Shown here: positions 47,801 through 57,218 of the stretch, in pieces | Layout of the letters: each line of letters opens with the position of its first letter | Numbering within the stretch: the first letter of the stretch is position 1 | Source: an uncultured virus (IMG/VR IMGVR_UViG_3300044732_000510) | Taxonomy: Duplodnaviria > Heunggongvirae > Uroviricota > Caudoviricetes | IMG/VR virus record: IMGVR_UViG_3300044732_000510 | Direction: 5' to 3' (one strand) | Length of the DNA: 64,000 nucleotides | Notes under the pieces: generated by a model | What the model was told of the DNA's origin: nothing | What the model saw: the letters and a program-made list of their open reading frames with translations, nothing else | The model's database searches: none | Program-made: the position numbers and the translations under genes

Positions 47801-50800
47801 AAACTGTCCTTCAGTTAATTCATCATTTATTAATTTTGTACTAAAGTCTTTTTCATCTAAAGCTTTTACAACTATTCTAGTAGGTACTTTAGGTAAGTTG
47901 CTGATTTCCTCAGCTTCTTCTGCATCAAGTTTAGCTAACTCATCATTTTTATTTTTGGTAACAGGCTTACTTTCTTTTATTACCTTTTTAAATTCAGATA
48001 ATTCCATAAACCTCTTAGCTACTTGGTCATATATTGGACTACCTTTTTTAATAACTCTTTTGTTTATAGCATCAAAAAACTCAGTAGGTACAACTCCTGT
48101 TTCTTGGTAATCTGCAAACTCATCTAAATCTACATACACACCAATACCAGCCATGTCATTAAGCAACTGATTAGACTTAAGTATATCTAATTGTTTACTG
48201 ATGTTTTCTTGGATGTATTCTTCTCTGTTATTCCACATCTCATACATCCAATCATATGTTTTAGCCACATGATCAATAAAACCTGCCGGATCATTTAATG
48301 CATTTACTGCATCAGCAAGTTTACCAGCTTCTCTACCAAGTTTATAATGGTCTAATACATCAGTAAAAGCAACATCTATGCTATCATCAAGTATAATATC
48401 ATCACTTTGTTTAGCAAGAGCTTTCATATAATTCTTAAATGAACCCGCTAGTTTGCTCTCTATCTCTTTATCAAGTGCTAATCTCTCAGCTTTTTCTGCT
48501 TCAGTGCCTGGTTCAACCATACCTTTTTCAAAGAAATGATCCATGAAGTTATCATAGTCTTTTTCATATTCTTTTAAAACATCTAATGTAGCTTCAGTTT
48601 GTTTTAATTTTCTTTTAGAAACAGAATCTGTCATCCCTTTTAAACCCTGTACTTCACTTTCAAGTATCTGTATTTCACCTTTAAGTCTATCATCTTTTAA
48701 TAAAGCTTGTACTCTATTAGGATCTATCTTACCAAGTAGTTCTTCTTTACCAATAGATTGATAAATCTTCTGCATTCTAGCAACAGTATCTTTATAGTTC
48801 TCATGATAGAAAACTACATTCTTTTTAGCCTCTTCCCAAGCATTGTAGTAAACTTCAGCTTTCTCATAATCTGTAGTTCCTTTCTTATAGTCACCAAGAT
48901 CTATAGGATTGGGAAACTTCTTATTATACTCATTATATGTTTTCTCTATCTCTTTAGCTCTGTTAATTACTTTGTCTAATTTTTCAACATGCCCTTGAGC
49001 TTGTTCAACAGAAATACTAGCAGCTTCAGCATACTCCTCAGTAGTTAATTCTTTCAAAGACTCCATGTAGTCAGTCCATGTATCAAGACTGTTCATCTTG
49101 ATTAAGTCTGTTACACTTTTTATAGTAGCCTCTTCTTTGGCATCTCTTTCTATTTTTGTATCTCCTGCATCTATTACATTGGCTAACTCAGTTTGTGTAC
49201 CTAAGCTAAATACTTTTGAGTTTAAAAACTCAAGTGGATTTTTAGCAAAAGTGTCATTGACTGACTTAGTCATTTTTTCTACATATTTATCAATCTTGTC
49301 TCTATGTGCTTTATATTCATCTTTCTTAAACACCCGCATATATGATTCTTGTGCAAATGGGATAGCTCTATTTAAAGGACTAGCAAATGCACCCATTACA
49401 AAACCAGATGCAAAGGTTTCTAAACCTTGCCAGCTAGCTTGTTTACTAAAAGCTTCTCCAAGTATATCACCAAAACTTTTATCTTCTATTGCTTTTCTCT
49501 GAGCTTCAGTGTACATGTAATGACCAACAGGTTGAGAATAGAAAGATTGTAAGTGATAGTTTTTAGATGTATCAGCAATAACTTCCTGAAGTACTTCTTG
49601 AGCACCTTCCATTAAGTTAGCTTTAGTATAACCTATAGCAGCTTTAACTGTTTTTTGAACACCTTGTTTTTTAGCAGTAGCCCAAGCACCTTTTACAGTA
49701 GTTAACTTTGGAGTAAGTAATTCTTTACCACTCTTTAATGTTTGTTTAGTAAACTCTCTTACTGTAGATTGCCCAGCCATTTTTTGTACCTCAGCAACTT
49801 TTTTAGATAGCATTTTTGCTAATCCGGATTTTGGATTCATTACATTTCCAAATGTAACTTTATTACTAGTATATATTAGCAGTGTATTAGCAAACATAGT
49901 CTCTTTAGAAGCCTCATCCGCTTTTGCCATCATAGCATCTCTAACATTTTGAGGAGGCATTTGACCTTGATGTTTAGATTTATAATCATCTACCAATTGC
50001 TTATATGTGTCATTTCTTGTAAAACCTCCTTCAAGTCTAGCTTCAGATAATGCCATGTTAATATTGCGCACATCTCTATATAAAGCTCCAGCTGTTTTAA
50101 ATGTAGCATTATTAAATCTATTCCATCCTTGAAGTTGTTTTGTATTTTTAGCTATATCAAGCCCTGTTTCTAATAAATTTTCTGCTGGGTTTATAAATTT
50201 TCCTAAACTTGTAACAGCTTTACCTGCTTTGGTTTCTAAAGCAGCACCTATTTTGGCAGAATTAAAAAATTGCCTAGCATTATTTATATTTGTAAGAGAT
50301 TTAAGAGATTTGTTTAAACCAGTTGCAGCATCAACAATTGTATTATATCCTTTTATTCCTCTAAGACCTTTTCCAATTTGAGAAGCAAATCTTGGTAAAT
50401 TAGCAATACCACCAGCTCCACCTGTTATAGCAGTTAAAGCAAGCTCTTCAGTAACGGCTTCTCCAATTATACCAAAAGTATAACCAAAGTTTGTTAAAGT
50501 ATTATTAAAAAAAGCACCTACACCACCTGATGTATCTTGTGCAATTGCTGCTGCTTCAGCATATTTTGCAGCTTCTTGAGGATCATCACCAAAATCTCCT
50601 TGAAGCATTCTTGCCATACTTTTTGGTCCTGAAAAAAAACCGTTTACAGCTAATGGTAAAAATCCATGAAACAAACTTCTTTGTGCTCTATCTAAAAAAC
50701 TTGTTTGAGCATTGAATACAGTTTCATTATTTTGAAAAGGACTAAACCCAATTCTATCCATTTTTTCTTGACCAAAGGCAGCATACTTTTTATAAAAAGC

Positions 50801-51043
50801 ATGACCATCTGATCCAGCATTATATGTAATTGGTTTAATTTGTGCATTGTTATTTGCTAATTGTCTACTTTCATTCAACCAACTTAAACCTAGTTCTTCT
50901 GCAGCCTGTTCTTTTGTTTTAGGTGGTCCTTGATTTATATTTAATTTTTTTTCAAAATCATTATTTAAATACGGAGGCGGTGTTCCTTTAGTATTTTCTG
51001 GGGTTATTCCAGCAGCAGCTGCTAATTCATTACTAAATGGCAT
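44870..51043 (-). CDS. giant virion/cargo protein with C-terminal PD-(D/E)XK nuclease domain
   Basis: 2057 aa; VAGEIDFIFVD..FIVDLKTG..QQVGY; Gly/Ala hydrophobic N-terminal helices. Confidence 0.75.
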   Translation of the reverse strand: MPFSNELAAAAGITPENTKGTPPPYLNNDFEKKLNINQGPPKTKEQAAEELGLSWLNESRQLANNNAQIKPITYNAGSDGHAFYKKYAAFGQEKMDRIGFSPFQNNETVFNAQTSFLDRAQRSLFHGFLPLAVNGFFSGPKSMARMLQGDFGDDPQEAAKYAEAAAIAQDTSGGVGAFFNNTLTNFGYTFGIIGEAVTEELALTAITGGAGGIANLPRFASQIGKGLRGIKGYNTIVDAATGLNKSLKSLTNINNARQFFNSAKIGAALETKAGKAVTSLGKFINPAENLLETGLDIAKNTKQLQGWNRFNNATFKTAGALYRDVRNINMALSEARLEGGFTRNDTYKQLVDDYKSKHQGQMPPQNVRDAMMAKADEASKETMFANTLLIYTSNKVTFGNVMNPKSGLAKMLSKKVAEVQKMAGQSTVREFTKQTLKSGKELLTPKLTTVKGAWATAKKQGVQKTVKAAIGYTKANLMEGAQEVLQEVIADTSKNYHLQSFYSQPVGHYMYTEAQRKAIEDKSFGDILGEAFSKQASWQGLETFASGFVMGAFASPLNRAIPFAQESYMRVFKKDEYKAHRDKIDKYVEKMTKSVNDTFAKNPLEFLNSKVFSLGTQTELANVIDAGDTKIERDAKEEATIKSVTDLIKMNSLDTWTDYMESLKELTTEEYAEAASISVEQAQGHVEKLDKVINRAKEIEKTYNEYNKKFPNPIDLGDYKKGTTDYEKAEVYYNAWEEAKKNVVFYHENYKDTVARMQKIYQSIGKEELLGKIDPNRVQALLKDDRLKGEIQILESEVQGLKGMTDSVSKRKLKQTEATLDVLKEYEKDYDNFMDHFFEKGMVEPGTEAEKAERLALDKEIESKLAGSFKNYMKALAKQSDDIILDDSIDVAFTDVLDHYKLGREAGKLADAVNALNDPAGFIDHVAKTYDWMYEMWNNREEYIQENISKQLDILKSNQLLNDMAGIGVYVDLDEFADYQETGVVPTEFFDAINKRVIKKGSPIYDQVAKRFMELSEFKKVIKESKPVTKNKNDELAKLDAEEAEEISNLPKVPTRIVVKALDEKDFSTKLINDELTEGQFIDVTYKEEGVEKTATFFKDQDGILREDNAQGEVVDLESDTRYISGEIFEIINRPTDADIAEVRKKYDALRAELLERLNKYGASASTEAMAKSVEEVKAMLLSDDEYTATRRNYIIKGKAYERMTNRIRQHHNSFKYPGKAILENAYDETIGAGPLTEESIKAFISKLKSEEPDGFEDYTYTELEEELNSLMEEPLTETAPAEDIEAKRADIERRKKEDLAKLESIKDQIGNSFNLKESSNDLLKSIYKFMSFYFNWQFEERNGNLIKFSKESGNTEFNIDGLDVDVKGTATVMGGSQYNAEIDPYDIIEAKYNAELAALEQPVTNQAEINAKRAEIERRRQEVDAWQLPKKVNPKKQIVVEPRLVAEGNEQKIIDILNDILDAAFTEPIYRNSINRLSGAQAVKDTSWMYDDERAIFLKTIKDRYYDLLNQELDALEQAPVRPVQKVSEPTEAKTLRSVQKDLDDLNKKIDKLNEQIDEADDAGNKLRAENLRMRRQELYDLLKETAERGKQAVPEIRSDLKNYVINYAIENAYETAKANGIYLDNQFKAVFDPTSAGPVFDSKYISEEAYDDLFGEDGYITNIKKRADAGEFYIFSTDLIVYTDKAKDADGNPLPPVAGEIDFIFVDREGRKFIVDLKTGKTRKYLEYNKFGTLSYDKKIDNTLQQVGYANLSQLASDDEFQIAIWPVELNYEKTGYINRAGKPSNPDLMLNQKPIGDPKSEPFIINLDKNVKFEVVDANNVRTGIYMTAMDFMEQYVTGQVTPSKKPKSKPKGQAIPQDESSIVDAITNEIQNGNVIKAGMDANMAKTQGTISDASYKYIMGLINEKMNTSLMESAVLAAPGQQFITINDIFAEKFDGIVSVETKVNAGEIVTVESVDEANEEIILNSSNGDRFTVKFNEMNDYIVSPEQLDDKSAPAAPKYEPTQTEIDFTTESMVNVDEFLENSNLRNQATNEADNQSSDEIDNDLFSNLKC
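46487..47185 (-). repeat. two pairs of intragenic direct repeats bracketing tandem variable modules
   Basis: CTTTCTAT(A/C)TCAGCTCTCTTAGC at 47163-47185 and 46788-46810; TTGTTCTAAAGCA(G/T)CTAGTTCT at 46838-46859 and 46487-46508. Confidence 0.85.
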
Positions 51044-51058
51044 GTCTTAAAATATTAA

Positions 51059-54000
51059 TTATTTTTGTTGAGAACCTGGAGTTTGCATTTGAATATTTTT
51101 TTGCTGTTGTGTAATAGCTTTTAAATCAGTATATGCCCATTTATTTAATTTACCTACAGCTTTATCAAAATCAGATTCAAGATTGTTACCAAAAGGAGTA
51201 GTATAATTTGTTATTGGTGATCCTATAACTGAACCATCATAATCTTTAATAGTAAGTTCAGTTATATAATCTGGATCATTAGGGCCACCTTTTTTAATAG
51301 TGTATGTGCCAAGACCTGTTGGATGATTCCAAACAAATTGATCATTATAATTAACATGAGACTGTAAAGGTGACATAGTTGAATTATGTAAAGCATTGTT
51401 AAAGCTGGTGTTTGGAGCAATAATAGTTAATCCATATTTTGCAAGCTTATCATAATTATCTTTGTCAAGATATCCATTTGGATTTTTTTCTTTATCCTGT
51501 AACATTTCTTTTAAAAACTTTTCAGGAAAATTAATTGTCATAGATCCTTTTGTTATATCTTCAGCAGCAATTTTTTGTGCAATCATATCAAAAGAATTTG
51601 CTTTAGTACCATTTTCTTTTGTCCATTGCATGTAATCATCTAATAACTTTTTACCAAGAAAGGATGTTGTTTCTTCATAAGGTGTATCAAAAAAACTTGT
51701 TCCAAATATACCCTTTTCTACTTTACCAGATTCATATCCTGTGATAGTTGGTTCTTCAAAAGAAATTACATTTTCAATACCATCTATTGAGTTTCTTATA
51801 TTATTCCAATCTTTTGTAAATTCCCAAAATGATATTGCACCTAATGAATTAGGTTTACTTAAATCAACTCTAGATGATATTGCATTTGCACCAAAACCAC
51901 TTCCACCTTCAGCATTAAATTTGTCAAATCCGGGTACTTCAGCTATTAAATGTCTGCTATCAGAATCTGAATAAATATCTCTAGCACTTTCAGTAAACTG
52001 CCTCATTATTTTTTGATTTACATAGTTTTCCATTTCTTTTGTAGACTCTATACTTTCTCTATAACCAGGTATACCTTTTCTTCCAAGATCACCAAATACT
52101 TCTTTTCTTTGGTTAACAGCTTCTCTACTTGCAAAATTATACGGAGTATTTCCTTGAGCAAGATTTATTTGATAATTAGTTCTTAATTTATAATTAGGAT
52201 CAATATTACCAGACTCATCATACATATTAACCAACTCTTCTCTTAGTCTTGACATATCAGTAGTACGGTATTTACCATTTTTATCAAATATTGCAGTACC
52301 AAATTGTTTGACAATTTCAGTATCATTTTTTAATTTATCATATACATCATTTGCAACTAACTCTCTTGTTTCATATCTCCACTTTCTTGAGTCTTGTACA
52401 TTTTTACTTATGGTATTTGCTATTGCTAATTCAGTATCTAAGCCTTGACTAATTGCTGATTTTACCAATGTAAGATTAGAATTTTTATTTACCCAACCAG
52501 CTCCTTTAGCAAGGAAAGATGCCATATAATTATCTTTAACATCATCTGAGTTTTTACCAGATAGCATTTTTTCTATATCATATTTTTTTTGTTCAACATT
52601 CATTGCATCTCTTACTTTTTCTCCTTTGTAGTTTTTGATATATACATTCGGCTTTTCTCTGTTAGTATATTTTAATACAAAGTCTACTCCTTTAGTTTCA
52701 ATAGCTTTTATTAAAGATTTAGGGCTTGAAAAGTCAATTTCAGGGGCATTTTTAGCACCTATTTTATAAACACCATAACCATGAACTGCAGGTGCCCCAG
52801 CAGGTTTTACCTGATCATAAAATTCTTGCATAGTCATTTCACCATTTTCAATAGCTTGATCATATACTTTAAGCAGATTAAGCATACCGGACTTTCCTTT
52901 TTGATCAAATAAACTACCTATAGATTTTTTTTCCATTACGGATACATCTTGACCAGGAGTAGCTCCTCCTTTTGGTTGCATCCATTTAAATCCATCAAAT
53001 ACACTAGTTTCTTCTTGCTCCTCATTCTTTTTTATTATTGCTTTAGCTTCTGTTATAGCTTGTTGATTAGCAAGAGGATTATTAAGTACTTCCTGTGCTT
53101 TTTGTAATTGTTCATCACTTACTTTTTTACCTGACCCTCTTCCTGAACCAGATCCTGAACCAGAACTTTTACTTTCTTTAGGATCACCGCTGTAACTAAA
53201 TTCATCATAGTAAGCTTCAGCTTGTATAGCTTGTAATCTGTTTTGTCCTCTTAGTTGTTCAGTCTGATATCTCCAAGACCCTGCTGCATTTATCTCAGAT
53301 AATTGATGAGCATGCTTAACATCTAAGACTGCATATGGATTTTCTTTGAAATCTTCTTTAGCATCTGTGTAAGCTAATCTAGTAGCTGCACTCATAAGAT
53401 CTTCATTCATCAGCATGTTGGCCATGTTACCATCAACTACATTTCTAAGTTGATTAACATCTTTATAAGGATTTTTAAATTCACCAGTACTTGTATTACC
53501 ACTGCTTGAGTATGAATTATTAAACTGATTTAACTGCTCATCTAGTTTACCTAATATTTCATCATTAACTTTTTTTGCTTCTTGGTATTGCGCAAGGTCT
53601 CTTTCTAATATAGGATCAGAACCATTTTGTTTTATTTGAGCTTGTATATCAGCAATTCTTGCATCATAAGCTTTAGAGTTAGCTTGTTTATCTGCATGCC
53701 TATTTTCAGTAAGTTTTTTCATCTTACCATAAGCATCCTTCATGTATTCCATTTCTGCTTGAGCCTCTCCTCCATATTTATCAGCTTCACCTTTAGCAAA
53801 ATCTTTACGGTTCACATAAGCTTGAGTTTTATATACAGCTTGTACAGCAGGATCTCTTCCTAATTCAGCTTCAAATAAACTTGACAAAGGTTCAATAATA
53901 AGTTGACCATTTTTATTTTTCATTATCCACTTACCATCTGGACTCATGCTAGTTTTCTCATATGATAAACCAGCTTTTTTTGCAAGCTCTCTTGTTTTCT

Positions 54001-54526
54001 CACCTACATTTACATATGAAGTATAAACTGGATCACCAAAACCCATTGCTTCTTCAGGAGCAGCATTCTTGAACTCTTCCCTTCTATACTGTAGTTCTCT
54101 TATACCTTCATCCCAATATTGCTTTCTAGCTTTTTCATCATCACTTTTAAGTAAACCTTCAGCAGCACCTAGGGTATTGTTAAAGTTTTTAGTCCAAGCC
54201 ATGTCTTTCATCAAAGCACCATCTTCATAGAAAGGCTTAAATACTTGAGAGGCTTGTTGAACATTTTGGTCTAATGAAAGATCTAGTCCAGCAATTCTTT
54301 TTAAATCAAAGTCAATCTGTTGTACTGTTGCATCTCTTCTTTTAATATTGTCATCCCTTGTAAGATCAGCATAATAAAACTGACCATACATTTTATTTAG
54401 TTGTTTGTAGTTTGAATCATATTGACTTTGCTTAAGTTGCAATAAGTTAGCAACCATATTCAATCCAGTATCATGTGGTTGAATAGATGGTATTATAGAT
54501 TGAACTCCTTGTAAATAGGTACCCAT
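51059..54526 (-). CDS. large virion/cargo protein
   Basis: 1155 aa, coiled-coil N-terminal half, GS-rich linker. Confidence 0.7.
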   Translation of the reverse strand: MGTYLQGVQSIIPSIQPHDTGLNMVANLLQLKQSQYDSNYKQLNKMYGQFYYADLTRDDNIKRRDATVQQIDFDLKRIAGLDLSLDQNVQQASQVFKPFYEDGALMKDMAWTKNFNNTLGAAEGLLKSDDEKARKQYWDEGIRELQYRREEFKNAAPEEAMGFGDPVYTSYVNVGEKTRELAKKAGLSYEKTSMSPDGKWIMKNKNGQLIIEPLSSLFEAELGRDPAVQAVYKTQAYVNRKDFAKGEADKYGGEAQAEMEYMKDAYGKMKKLTENRHADKQANSKAYDARIADIQAQIKQNGSDPILERDLAQYQEAKKVNDEILGKLDEQLNQFNNSYSSSGNTSTGEFKNPYKDVNQLRNVVDGNMANMLMNEDLMSAATRLAYTDAKEDFKENPYAVLDVKHAHQLSEINAAGSWRYQTEQLRGQNRLQAIQAEAYYDEFSYSGDPKESKSSGSGSGSGRGSGKKVSDEQLQKAQEVLNNPLANQQAITEAKAIIKKNEEQEETSVFDGFKWMQPKGGATPGQDVSVMEKKSIGSLFDQKGKSGMLNLLKVYDQAIENGEMTMQEFYDQVKPAGAPAVHGYGVYKIGAKNAPEIDFSSPKSLIKAIETKGVDFVLKYTNREKPNVYIKNYKGEKVRDAMNVEQKKYDIEKMLSGKNSDDVKDNYMASFLAKGAGWVNKNSNLTLVKSAISQGLDTELAIANTISKNVQDSRKWRYETRELVANDVYDKLKNDTEIVKQFGTAIFDKNGKYRTTDMSRLREELVNMYDESGNIDPNYKLRTNYQINLAQGNTPYNFASREAVNQRKEVFGDLGRKGIPGYRESIESTKEMENYVNQKIMRQFTESARDIYSDSDSRHLIAEVPGFDKFNAEGGSGFGANAISSRVDLSKPNSLGAISFWEFTKDWNNIRNSIDGIENVISFEEPTITGYESGKVEKGIFGTSFFDTPYEETTSFLGKKLLDDYMQWTKENGTKANSFDMIAQKIAAEDITKGSMTINFPEKFLKEMLQDKEKNPNGYLDKDNYDKLAKYGLTIIAPNTSFNNALHNSTMSPLQSHVNYNDQFVWNHPTGLGTYTIKKGGPNDPDYITELTIKDYDGSVIGSPITNYTTPFGNNLESDFDKAVGKLNKWAYTDLKAITQQQKNIQMQTPGSQQK

Positions 54527-54591
54527 ATGTTTATAATTCTATATTGTAAAACTATTAAAATTTTATAAGTTTAATAAACCTGTTAAGTTTA

Positions 54592-57213
54592 TCATAATAT
54601 AAATGGATATAAAATATCAGCATAGACATAGCCTCCATTCTTATATGCTATACCACCAAACTTAGTAATATTCATTTTTCTTTCAAGATCCATTGCTTTT
54701 AAAACATCACTATTGTCAGTGATACCCATTTTCTTAAATCTTGCCATTTTAGTTGCAAAATCCTCAGCAGGTTTTTCTGGTGTAATAGCTTTGTTATTTG
54801 TATTAACATAGTACTCTTCACCAGTAACAGGATCTATATTCCATTTCATACCTTGTGCTTGGTTTACAGCAGCAAGTGTTCTTGCATTACCTTTCATCTT
54901 AGCAAACTTATCTCCTACATTAGCCCAGTAGTTATTAAAGTCTTGTGCTTTGTTACTTTGCCAAGTAGCATTTCTTTGATTGTAAACATCAGATGCATCT
55001 TTATCCATCAGTAATTGGTTGTACTGATGTTGAGTATTAGCTTTATTTAAAGCAGTAGCTCTGTCTGCATTCTGTGCATTTACTTGAGAGGCTAAGTTAA
55101 TTATATCTCCTTGAGATCCTCTTTGTGCTGCAAACATAGCTGCTATAGCTGCACCAGGATTATTAGCTGCTGTTTTTTGAATAGCATTCATTGTACCTTG
55201 TGTCATACCTTTTGCTAACTCAGCTTGAGCTATATAATCAGTTCTTTGTGCTTGTTCTCTTACACCAGGAGCTTTACCCATTATAGGAGGAGCATTAGTA
55301 TATCTTTGGGCCATTGCAATACCAAGATTTAATTTATCTTCAGGAAGATATTGTAAACCTTGTGGTTGCATTTGCGGTTGCATTTGTGTTTCTTCCATTT
55401 CATATCCTTCACATGGAGCACAAGTACCATCAGCATTTTTAGGAAAACTTTTTTCTTCACCTGTCATAGGATCAGTACAAAAACACTCTTCTTCTTGAGT
55501 AGTAGTTGTTGTAGTAGTTGTTGGTTCAAGTTGAACTACCTTAATATCTTCTTTTTCTTCACCTGTTTTTGTTTCACAAGCTCTCATTCTTTCTATATAG
55601 GATTTATCAAAAAATTCACCAGCTAATTCCTCAGCGGTATAGTTTTGTAAATCACCATTTTTCATTCTATTACAAACACCATTTAAATAAGCTTCCACTT
55701 GTTGTGGTGTTTGTTTCTGAACTTTTCCTGTATATTTGTTATATTGTTTCTTTTCTCCTGCAGATCTTGAATATGTACCTTTAGCGTATTTACCACCTCC
55801 AATATCTTCATAATCTTTTTCTACTTCTTTAACAATTGTTGCTTGTTTACCAGCAGCCTTTTTCTTTAAAGCTTCACCAGTAATTTTACCATCTTCAGCT
55901 TTTTCCAAATAACCACCATAAGCCATTTGATTAGGATTGTTATAGAATGGCATTCCATAACCACCCATCTCCATTCCATACATGGCCATAGGAGCTTGTT
56001 GCATTTGCTGTGGTTGCATCTGTTGAGCCATAGCCATCATTTGCTCTGGAGAAGGTTGTCCTGGTTGAGGAGCTTGCATTCCCGGTTGACCCATTGGTGC
56101 ACCTTGTTGTTGCTGCATCATCTGTCTTTGTTGAGCAGCCTGTTGTTGTAAGGTATTAAGTGCATCTGTAACCATTTCTTTTGCCTTCATTTCTGGAATA
56201 GCTAGATTACCAAGGACTGTAATTAAGTCCTCAGGAGTTACTCTATTTTGCATAAGCTCAATAAGGATATCATCCATCTCTCTGCCTTCATCCATAGCTG
56301 CTTTTACATTAGCTGTAATTTCATTTAATGCAACTTCTAAACCTTTATTAGCATATCTCAACATTCCACCACGTCTCATACCTGGTTGCATTGGAGGTTG
56401 TTCCATTCCTTGTTCTTCAGGCATAGCTACAGGAGAACCATCAGGCATCATTGGAGGCTCATTAGCTTCTATAGCTTGTTGAGGTGCTCCTTCTGCCATA
56501 GCTTGACCCATATCAATAGCTTGACCTGCTTGTGCTGGTGATTCTTGTTCTGGTTGATCTGGTAGTATGTCTTGTTCAGAGATACCATTAGCTTCCATAT
56601 ATTGTTTAGCTACAGATGGTATTCCTTGTGGAAAACCCTTCTTAGCTTCTTGAGCTAAAGCTAATGCACCTAGTTTAATGATCATTTTCTTTATCATTAA
56701 CTCTGCAGTTTTTATTTGTACTTTATCTGAACTAGGATCTTGCATTGTCATTCTATACTTGTTTAATGCAATAAACTGTTTAGATAAATCTGCTGGAGTA
56801 TATCCTCCTTTCTTAGGTGATTTATTAAACATCTTAAGTATCTGAGGATCTTTGATCATCATCTCTCTAGTATCACTAAAGATAAAACTATCATCCGGTA
56901 GATTTAATGGTACACCATTAGCACTGTGTCTAGGACCTTTTATTTCATAAAATAAAGGATACCCTGATGGATCAAATGTTAATACAGTTTCTCCACCTTC
57001 AGCTTCTAAGTTAGCTTCTTCTCTAGGTACTTTGGTTATGGTAGTTCTAGATACAGCTTTTGGTTCTGTAAGTTTTAGATTACCACCACCAAATGCAGAT
57101 AGATCATTAGCCAATGATCCTTCTATTTGATAACCTGTCTTAGCTTTTGGAGGCTGAGTTATTTTTACTTTGAATAATTCAGGAGCTTCTGCTATTTTAA
57201 CTCTGTATCTCAT
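54592..57213 (-). CDS. virion-module protein, Q/P/M-rich, with GG motifs
   Basis: 873 aa; EANLEAEGGETV..GPRHSANGVPLNLP..FIFSD segment; low-complexity tracts. Confidence 0.7.
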   Translation of the reverse strand: MRYRVKIAEAPELFKVKITQPPKAKTGYQIEGSLANDLSAFGGGNLKLTEPKAVSRTTITKVPREEANLEAEGGETVLTFDPSGYPLFYEIKGPRHSANGVPLNLPDDSFIFSDTREMMIKDPQILKMFNKSPKKGGYTPADLSKQFIALNKYRMTMQDPSSDKVQIKTAELMIKKMIIKLGALALAQEAKKGFPQGIPSVAKQYMEANGISEQDILPDQPEQESPAQAGQAIDMGQAMAEGAPQQAIEANEPPMMPDGSPVAMPEEQGMEQPPMQPGMRRGGMLRYANKGLEVALNEITANVKAAMDEGREMDDILIELMQNRVTPEDLITVLGNLAIPEMKAKEMVTDALNTLQQQAAQQRQMMQQQQGAPMGQPGMQAPQPGQPSPEQMMAMAQQMQPQQMQQAPMAMYGMEMGGYGMPFYNNPNQMAYGGYLEKAEDGKITGEALKKKAAGKQATIVKEVEKDYEDIGGGKYAKGTYSRSAGEKKQYNKYTGKVQKQTPQQVEAYLNGVCNRMKNGDLQNYTAEELAGEFFDKSYIERMRACETKTGEEKEDIKVVQLEPTTTTTTTTQEEECFCTDPMTGEEKSFPKNADGTCAPCEGYEMEETQMQPQMQPQGLQYLPEDKLNLGIAMAQRYTNAPPIMGKAPGVREQAQRTDYIAQAELAKGMTQGTMNAIQKTAANNPGAAIAAMFAAQRGSQGDIINLASQVNAQNADRATALNKANTQHQYNQLLMDKDASDVYNQRNATWQSNKAQDFNNYWANVGDKFAKMKGNARTLAAVNQAQGMKWNIDPVTGEEYYVNTNNKAITPEKPAEDFATKMARFKKMGITDNSDVLKAMDLERKMNITKFGGIAYKNGGYVYADILYPFIL

Positions 57214-57218
57214 GTTGA